Positions 55,243-64,000 of a DNA stretch of 64,000 bases are shown piece after piece (the stretch's first letter is position 1; the number at the start of each line of letters is the position of its first letter). Source of the DNA: Macrostomum hystrix. Taxonomy: Eukaryota; Animalia; Platyhelminthes. The notes below the pieces were generated by a model, which ran no database searches, had not been told where the DNA came from, and saw nothing but the letters and a program-made list of their open reading frames with translations. The translations under genes were made by a program, and so were the position numbers. The stretch is from contig CATNEN010000003.1 of NCBI GenBank assembly GCA_950097015.1, positions 1,860,001 to 1,924,000 on the forward strand. The letters are read 5' to 3'.

Positions 55243-57802
55243 GGATTCTACCCGTTCTGTATGCCATACAACAGAAGGATTCTACCCGTTCTGTATGCCA
55301 TACAACAGAAGGATTCCACCCCCTTCTGTATGCATACAACAGAAGGATTCTACCCCTTCTGTATGCCATACAACAGAAGGATTCTACCCGTTCTGTATGC
55401 CATACAACAGAAGGATTCTACCCGTTCTGTATGCCATACAACAGAAGGATTCCACCCCCTTCTGTATGCGATACATCAGAAGGGTTCTACCCCTTCTGAA
55501 TCCCATACATCAGAAGGATTCTACCCCTTCTGTATCCCATACATCAGAAGGATTCTACCCCTTCTGTATCCCATACATCAGAAGGATTCTACCCCTTCTG
55601 TATGCCATACATCAGAAGGATTCTACCCCTTCTGTATCCCATACATCAGAAGGATTCTACCCCTTCTGTATCCCATACATCAGAAGGATTCTACCCCTTC
55701 TGAATCCCATACATCAGAAGGATTCTACCCCTTCTGAATCCCATACATCAGAAGGATTCTACCCCTTCTGTATCCCATACATCAGAAGGATTCTACCCCT
55801 TCTGTATCCCATACATCAGAAGGATTCTACCCCTTCTGAATCCCATACATCAGAAGGATTCTACCCCTTCTGAATCCCATACATCAGAAGGATTCTACCC
55901 CTTCTGAATCCCATACATCAGAAGGATTCTACCCCTTCTGTATCCCATACATCAGAAGGATTCTACCCCTTCTGTATCCCATACATCAGAAGGATTCTAC
56001 CCCTTCTGAATCCCATACATCAGAAGGATTCTACCCCTTCTGAATCCCATACATCAGAAGGATTCTACCCCTTCTGAATCCCATACATCAGAAGGATTCT
56101 ACCCCTTCTGAATCCCATACATCAGAAGGATTCTACCCCTTCTGTATCCCATACATCAGAAGGATTCTACCCCTTCTGTATCCCATACATCAGAAGGATT
56201 CTACCCCTTCTGTATCCCATACATCAGAAGGATTCTACCCCTTCTGAATCCCATACATCAGAAGGATTCTACCCCTTCTGAATCCCATACATCAGAAGGA
56301 TTCTACCCCTTCTGTATCCCATACATCAGAAGGATTCTACCCCTTCTGTATCCCATACATCAGAAGGATTCTACCCCTTCTGAATCCCATACATCAGAAG
56401 GATTCTACCCCTTCTGTATCCCATACATCAGAAGGATTCTACCCCTTCTGTATCCCATACATCAGAAGGATTCTACCCCTTCTGTATGCCATACATCAGA
56501 AGGATTCTACCCCTTCTGTATGCCATACATCAGAAGGATTCTACCCCTTCTGTATCCCATACATCAGAAGGATTCTACCCCTTCTGAATCCCATACATCA
56601 GAAGGATTCTACCCCTTCTGTATCCCATACATCAGAAGGATTCTACCCCTTCTGTATGCCATACATCAGAAGGATTCTACCCCTTCTGTATGCCATACAT
56701 CAGAAGGATTCTACCCCTTCTGTATCCCATACATCAGAAGGATTCTACCCCTTCTGTATCCCATACATCAGAAGGATTCTACCCCTTCTGAATCCCATAC
56801 ATCAGAAGGATTCTACCCCTTCTGAATCCCATACATCAGAAGGATTCTACCCCTTCTGTATCCCATACATCAGAAGGATTCTACCCCTTCTGTATCCCAT
56901 ACATCAGAAGGATTCTACCCCTTCTGTATCCCATACATCAGAAGGATTCTACCCCTTCTGAATCCCATACATCAGAAGGATTCTACCCCTTCTGTATCCC
57001 ATACATCAGAAGGATTCTACCCCTTCTGTATCCCATACATCAGAAGGGTTCTACCCCTTCTGTATCCCATACATCAGAAGGATTCTACCCCTTCTGAATC
57101 CCATACATCAGAAGGATTCTACCCCTTCTGAATCCCATACATCAGAAGGATTCTACCCCTTCTGTATCCCATACATCAGAAGGATTCTACCCCTTCTGTA
57201 TCCCATACATCAGAAGGATTCTACCCCTTCTGAATCCCATACATCAGAAGGATTCTACCACTTCTGTATCCCATACATCAGAAGGATTCTACCACTTCTG
57301 TATCCCATACATCAGAAGGATTCTACCCCTTCTGTATCCCATACATCAGAAGGGTTCTACCCCTTCTGTATCCCATACATCAGAAGGATTCTACCCCTTC
57401 TGAATCCCATACATCAGAAGGATTCTACCCCTTCTGAATCCCATACATCAGAAGGATTCTACCATTTCTGTATCCCATACATCAGAAGGATTCTACCCCT
57501 TCTGTATCCCATACATCAGAAGGATTCTACCCCTTCTGTATCCCATACATCAGAAGGATTCTACCCCTTCTGAATCCCATACATCAGAAGGATTCTACCC
57601 CTTCTGAATCCCATACATCAGAAGGATTCTACCCCTTCTGTATCCCATACATCAGAAGGATTCTACCCCTTCTGTATCCCATACATCAGAAGGATTCTAC
57701 CCCTTCTGTATCCCATACATCAGAAGGATTCTACCCCTTCTGTATCCCATACATCAGAAGGGTTCTACCCCTTCTGTATCCCATACATCAGAAGGATTCT
57801 AC
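55243..57802. repeat. 34-bp minisatellite (catcagaaggattctaccccttctgtatcccata)n, ~75 units
   Basis: Highly homogeneous tandem array with internal inverted repeat cagaagg...ccttctg. Confidence 0.97.
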
Positions 57803-58224
57803 CTCCTATTTATCTTATTTACATCGTTAAAAAATTAGAAAAAAAACTGCGACTTTTAAATTGTTCTTGCAATGAAGTGCCATACCATTAGATTTGTTAA
57901 ATTATTGTCGTTGAAAAACTTTAAGAAACGTGACATATTTGCCAATGGACAGCTTAACAATAAGAATTAAAGCAAATCAAAGCATAACTATAGCTTGGTA
58001 GTTCTAGAAGCCAATATAATTTTGTGCAGAAACAAAAACACACACGTGCAGAGACAGAGGCGTGAAAGTTTAAATGTGACTAGACTAAATAATGCAACAC
58101 AACATTGAACGATTTATTTTAGTCCGAATAAATACAGACAGATAAAAAATTAAATTTATTGTCGTCTTTTAGGTCGTGATCAAAAACCTTGGGATTACAC
58201 TTCGGATTCCGCCAAGCAACTAGC

Positions 58225-58808
58225 CGATTGGGAGTCCACTTAGCAACTGACCGATTGGGATTCCCCTAAGGCAACCGGACATTTGAGATTCACCTAGGCA
58301 ACCGGTCCATTGGGATTCCCCTAGGCAACCGGTCAATTGGGATTCCCCTAGGCAACCGGTCAATTGGGATTCCCCTAGGCAACCGGTCAAATGAGATTCC
58401 CCTAGGCAACCGGTCAATTGGGATTCCTCTAGGCTACCGGCTAAATGGGATTCCCCTAGGCAACCGGTCAATTGGGATTCCCCTAGGCAACCGGTCAATT
58501 GGGATTCCCCTAGGCAACCGGTCAATTGGGATTCCTCTAGGCTACCGGCCAAATGAGATTCCCCTTGGCAACCTACTTCTACTACTTCTACTTCTAGGGA
58601 TTCTACTTAGCAACTGGCCGATCGGGATTCCACTAGACAACGGGCCAATTTGGATTCCCTATAGACAAATAATGAATTTCGATTCCCCTAGGCAACTAGT
58701 CGATTGGGGTTTCCCCTTGGCCTCAGGCGATTGGGATTCCCCTAAGCAACTGGTTGATTGGGATTTCCCCTTGGCCACCGTTACTAGGGATCCCCTTGGC
58801 AACCGGAC
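58225..58808. repeat. 27-bp minisatellite (tgggattcccctaggcaaccggtcaat)n
   Basis: Tandem units, degenerate at both edges. Confidence 0.9.
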
Positions 58809-59356
58809 AGTTTTCTCATTGTTTACTTGAAAACGAATATTCAAATATAATTTTATTAGGCAGTAACAAAAAACAATAATTTAAAATAATTGAAAGCAGT
58901 TACCAATAGAAGACAACAGCAAAAGTTTTTGCACTTATGAATAATGAAAACTGAATAATATACACGAGAAGCTAGTAACAAGCAATTCAATACATTAAAA
59001 AACTAATAAATGTAAAACTAAATTAGCAATCAAGAGTGTAAATTTATACTTTTACTAACAATTGGATCAAATTATCTGCGATTTTGATATAAAATTGAAT
59101 GAAACCATTTTATAAGGGAGGGAAGAGATTAATATAATTTCAATGCTTCTAGAAAGCTTATAAAGTTGTCGCTAAAACTGTAAACATGGTTTTGCAATTT
59201 AACAGTTCTTCAAATGGGTCAATGTGAAGAGCGTATGCATCTGTAGGGAAAACAACAGAAGGGATTCTTTACAACACAATAAAATACAAAACTTTAACAA
59301 TACCAGACCTTGCTTGTTGTTTAATGTCTTCCGAAACAAAAAACCAGAGACATTAT

Positions 59357-62239
59357 TTAGTTATTAGAAAATTTCATTCTTTTGGCCTGGGACGAATGCT
59401 GCTGCTGCTGCTGCTGCTGCCGGCTCATAAACTCGGGCTCGGCGTCTGGCTCGATCTCAGGGCTGGTTGGCGGACTGGGCGGCAGGTCGTCCTGACTCAC
59501 CTGCTGATTAGCCAACGCAATGGCCTGCTCAAGGCCTAGCGAATGAAATTGCGAGACTTAGGTGTGTTTTTTGCCTAGTGACTGCGGATAATTAGTAAGG
59601 GATAGTCAGCTTGCTGAGGGATCAGAAACTCAGGTGCAACAAGAGGGGTGAGAATTTCTCACTGAAGGATCATGGGATTAGTGATAATCTCCCACTGAAG
59701 GATCATGGGATTAGTGATAATCTCCCACTGAAGGATCATGGGATTAGTGATAATCTCCCACTGAAGGATCATGGGATTAGTGATAATCTCTCACTGAAGG
59801 ATCATGGGATTAGGGATAATCTCCCACCGAAAGATCATGAGATTAGTGATAATCTTCCACTGAAGGATCATGGGATTAGTGATAATCTTCCACTGAAGGA
59901 TCATGGGATCAGGGATAATCTCCCACCGAAGGATCATGGGATTAGGGATAATCTCCCACCGAAAGATCATGGGATTAGGGAGAATCTCTCACTGAAGGAT
60001 TAGGGAAGGGGAGAGGGGGAGAATCTCTCACTGAAGGATTAGGGAAGGGGAGAGGGGGAGAATCTCTCACTGAAGGATTAGGGAAGGGGAGAGGGGGAGA
60101 ATCTCTCACTGAAGGATTAGGGTAGGGGGAGAATCTCTCACTGAAGGATTAGGGGAGAGGAGAGGGGGGAGAATCTCTCACTGAAGGATTAGGGGAGGGG
60201 AGAGGGCGGAATCTCTCACTGAAGGATTAGGGGAGAGGAGAGGGGGGAGAATCTCTCACTGAAGGATTAGGGGAGGGAAGGGGGGGAATCTCTCACTGAA
60301 GGATTAGGGGAGGGGAGAGGGCGGAATCTCTCACTGAAGGATTAGGGTAGGGGGAGAATCTCTCACTGAAGGATTAGGGTAGGGGGAGAATCTCTCACTG
60401 AAGGATTAGGGGAGAGGAGAGGGGGGAGAATCTCTCACTGAAGGATTAGGGGAGGGAAGGGGGGGAATCTCTCACTGAAGGATTAGGGGAGGGGAGAGGG
60501 GGGAGAATCTCTCACTGAAGGATTAGGGTAGGGGGAGAATCTCTCACTGAAGGATTAGGGGAGAGGAGAGGGGGGAGAATCTCTCACTGAAGGATTAGGG
60601 GAGGGGAGAGGGGGGAGAATCTCTCACTGAAGGATTAGGGGAGAGGAGAGGGGGGAGAATCTCTCACTGAAGGATTAGGGGAGGGGAGAGGGGGGAGAAT
60701 CTCTCACTGAAGGATTAGGGGAGAGGAGAGGGGGGAGAATCTCTCACTGAAGGATTAGGGGAGAGGAGAGGGGGGAGAATCTCTCACTGAAGGATTAGGG
60801 GAGGGGAGAGGGGGGAGAATCTCTCACTGAAGGATTAGGGGAGGGGAGAGGGGGGAGAATCTCTCACTGAAGGATTAGGGGAGGGGAGAGGGGGGAGAAT
60901 CTCTCACTGAAGGATTAGGGGAGGGGAGAGGGGGGAGAATCTCTCACTGAAGGATTAGGGGAGGGGAGAGGGGGGAGAATCTCTCACTGAAGGATTAGGG
61001 GAGGGGAGAGGGGGGAGAATCTCTCACTGAAGGATTAGGGGAGGGGTGAGGGGGGAGAATCTCTCACTGAAGGATTAGGGGAGGGGAGAGGGGGGAGAAT
61101 CTCTCACTGAAGGATTAGGGGAGGGGAGAGGGGGGAGAATCTCTCACTGAAGGATTAGGGGAGGGGAGAGGGGGGAATCTATCAGTGAAGGATTAGGGGA
61201 GGGGAGAGGGGGGAATCTATCAGTGAAGGATCTCCAGCTAGCAAAAGCAAGGTGAAGCGCGTACTTTCAAGCTCTGTATTGAGCTCTTCATTCTCGCGGT
61301 CAATCCTTGCCAAGTCGTCGCTCTGAGCTTTCGTAACCGTCTGCAAATCTTTGATGTAGTCAACCTGAGGGATGAAACGAATTTACGAGCATATATAAAA
61401 ACGAAATTTAAATTTTACGCTAGGGTAAATTTTCTACGATTATTAAAACTCAAGCGGTTGAAGTTTAAACAGTATTAAGAAAAAATAAATATACCTAATA
61501 AAACGATCTTTTGTTTTCCACTGACCACTACATATAGGAACCATAGAACAGAATTGTTTTTCGATACATATCGGCAAAAACTTTTTTGTAGAGACCACCG
61601 CTTTTTTCAAATCTCATTAAGAGAATACAGGAATAATATCATAATCATATTAATCGTGGCAATTTATAAATAATCCTCAATTATATCCGAATATGCACTG
61701 TTAGCAGACACGGAACAAAGACTCGAACCTCCGACCTTCGAATCCGACTTTCTAAGACCTAAGCTACTCGTACTTGTTGAAAGAATATGACAAAAATATT
61801 TCATTCTAACTAAGCATTTAGAAACTAACTACTCATGACACGAGTAGCATCCAGCACTTGAAAATCTTACCGCCCGCTGCAAAATCTGCGCTCTAGAGGC
61901 TTTGTCACGATTCGAACCCGAGGCCGCACCGGGGCCGGCGCCAGCGCCGCCGACGACGCTTCCGTTACCATTGACGCTGCCATTGCCGGCGCCGTTGCTG
62001 CCAGATGGTGAAGCTGGCAGAGCGTGCAGCAGGCGCTGATAGGAGGCGCGCAGACTCTGCCGACGACGTTTCTCAAGACGATTGTGATGAGTCCGTCTGG
62101 CGTCCTCAGCTCGATCTCCGGTGAGCTGGGCACCAGCGGGAACAACGGCCAATTCGAGGTCGTCCTCCAGCTCATCGTCATCTTCGGCGTCCTCTTCGAA
62201 GCCATCCATTAGGTCGAGATCGTTATCGTAGTCTTGCAT
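59357..62239 (-). CDS. MAX: Max-like bHLH-leucine zipper transcription factor, ~215 aa; exons 62239-61871, 61364-61265, 59535-59357
   Basis: Acidic N-terminus; basic region RRTHHNRLEKRRR with the H-E-R E-box contacts; helix 2 KASRAQILQRA|VDYI; zipper DLARIDRENEELNTELESLE; C-terminal NLS-like AKRMKF. Intron phases 0 and 1 are consistent. Confidence 0.85.
59645..61232. repeat. Intronic minisatellite in the Max-like gene: a 33-bp unit changing into a 32-40-bp G-run-rich unit
   Basis: Shared core aatctctcactgaaggat; the later units carry ttaggggaggggagagggggg. Confidence 0.95.
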
Positions 62240-63339
62240 TGTTTGATAATATCTTGTGCTGAAATATTGAAAAAAAGCTTAAATCCATTCTTTCGATACA
62301 TATCGGTACATTTAGGTTTTTCAATACATATCGCTTCCTAAATGTTTTAGACACATACTGGCAAGCGAAAATTTCTTCGATTTTAAGTAGGAACGCTGTG
62401 CACATGTGAATTTTAAACAAAAAACCTATGGCAGAACATTAAAGAAAGCATATTTCTAGCTGGTATTCATAAAAGGAAATAGTATATTTGAAAACTCCAT
62501 TATCATTGTGAATAATGATGTGAACGAGCGGAAACCATTAAGTTAAAGAACTGCACAAGATTTTAACATTTGGTAAAATAATAAATAGCCACGATGCAAA
62601 AAATTAAAAAAGTATTTTTAACCGGTAAATGATTAATTATGCTAAAACACTTGACAACTAAAAATACTGTCCAAACTGCATTAGTTAGCAGGTAGATGTT
62701 ACCAGACTAGCTTTATCAACAAAAAAAGCTGGAAAAAAGATTGTTGGAATTGTTGTTGGATTGTTGGAATTTTTATTCTGAAACGTTTTGAACTAAGCAA
62801 CATACGGTAAATGATAAAAGCATCATGCAACGAGCAGAAAAAAACAGTCCCAAATTAGATTTATGTAAGATTTTTTATATTTATTTTATTAAATTTGTGA
62901 AAAGGAAACTTTTTTTCTAAACATACTACTTACGTCGATGACGATTATAGGTAGTAACAATAGCGTTTTGCATTGACAATTTCTACAAAGCATTTAAAAA
63001 GAAAAGAATGCGACCAAAAACATAGGAAGCTAAAAGGTTATAAAATTTAATTTTATTGCGAATGCATAAGTGTTTACAGACAAGGAAAAACACGACAAGC
63101 TGAATGATAATTTAGCCAGCCAGCGCTGAGAAAAAACATTATAGAAATCAAAGACGTAAGAAGGTGTGATATTAAGTTTGAAAAAATGATATAATGCATA
63201 AAAGAACATATTGATATCGTAATTTCATTATATGCTATTTTTCCATAACGTAGGTCTACACGTTTATCGACTGTCAATGTGTGTACTAGAAGTTGCTTCA
63301 TGTCCTTAGGAGTGAACTTTGAGGGTAGATGTTCCTACG

Positions 63340-63575
63340 GATGGAGTGTACATTGACTGGGTAGTAGCTGCCTAAGGGAGTGTAAATTAAAGGGGTAGGG
63401 GTTGCTTCGGGGAGTGTACATTGGGGGGTAGGGGTTGCTTCGCGGAATGTACATTAAAGGGGTAGGGGTTGCTTCGCGGAATGTACATTAAAGGGGTAGG
63501 GGTTGCTTCGGGGAGTGCACATTGAGGGATAGGGGTTGCTTCGGGGAGTGTACATAGGGGGTAGGCGTTGCTCTG
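63340..63575. repeat. ~34-bp degenerate minisatellite (ggggtaggggttgcttcggggagtgtacattaaa)n
   Basis: About 6-7 units upstream of the Max-like gene. Confidence 0.8.
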
Positions 63576-64000
63576 GATGGAGTCTACCTACATCGATTAG
63601 TAGGAATCCTAAGATTAAGACAAAACTTGTAAAAAATTGGTAGCTCTCAAAAATATTTATATTTTGCACGAGAGTAACACAAACGGAACCACAGACAGTC
63701 TCTCTTCAAAACATTTGTAAAATAGCTAAAAAGGTGCGAAATATAAAAACTTTATTTATAAACTAAAATTTACATCCACTGAAGTGGCAGAGGCGACTTC
63801 TGATAAAAGCGAAAACCAGACTAGAAAACTAACAGACCATTTTCGCAAGCTTCGTTGCTTTTTCTTCACTACGACAGCACTTCCATTTTAAGTCTTGCTT
63901 GTTGAATTAAAAAAGAAAATGTTCACAAAGCCAATATGCTATAAAATGCAGCGATAAAAAAACTAATAAAAATTCGGTCAACAAAATAGAAACAGCTGTA

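Noticed and set aside
55243-57802. CRISPR-like palindromic 34-bp repeats
   Set aside because: No unique spacers, no cas genes, and eukaryotic context.
58043-58048. CACGTG E-box between Max and CMC1
   Set aside because: A single hexamer is expected by chance many times in 64 kb.

Overview
Repeat-rich animal (invertebrate) genomic DNA with GT-AG spliced genes. The short exons, poly-Q/A tracts and introns full of minisatellites resemble free-living flatworms such as Macrostomum, but the species is an inference. Genes reconstructed by hand with consistent splice phases: the last large exon of an innexin (+), and on the minus strand a Shisa-like single-pass protein, an unrecognised ~403-aa type I membrane protein, a catalytically inactive DPP6/DPP10-like dipeptidyl peptidase, CMC1 and a Max-like bHLH-Zip factor. 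Most long ORFs in the supplied track are artefacts of about 30 mini/microsatellite arrays. Mobile DNA includes three tRNA-headed SINE families (one nested in another with a 12-bp TSD), a hAT-type MITE with an 8-bp TSD and a degenerate dispersed repeat. Three observations stand out. (1) Up to eight phase-0 alternative N-terminal exons over ~19 kb could all splice to the DPP6/10 transmembrane exon. (2) A compact Grainyhead/SRF/AP-1/TATA promoter appears to drive a spliced, non-coding antisense unit inside a DPP intron. (3) Two sequence-divergent SINE families share a 3' three-way-junction fold.
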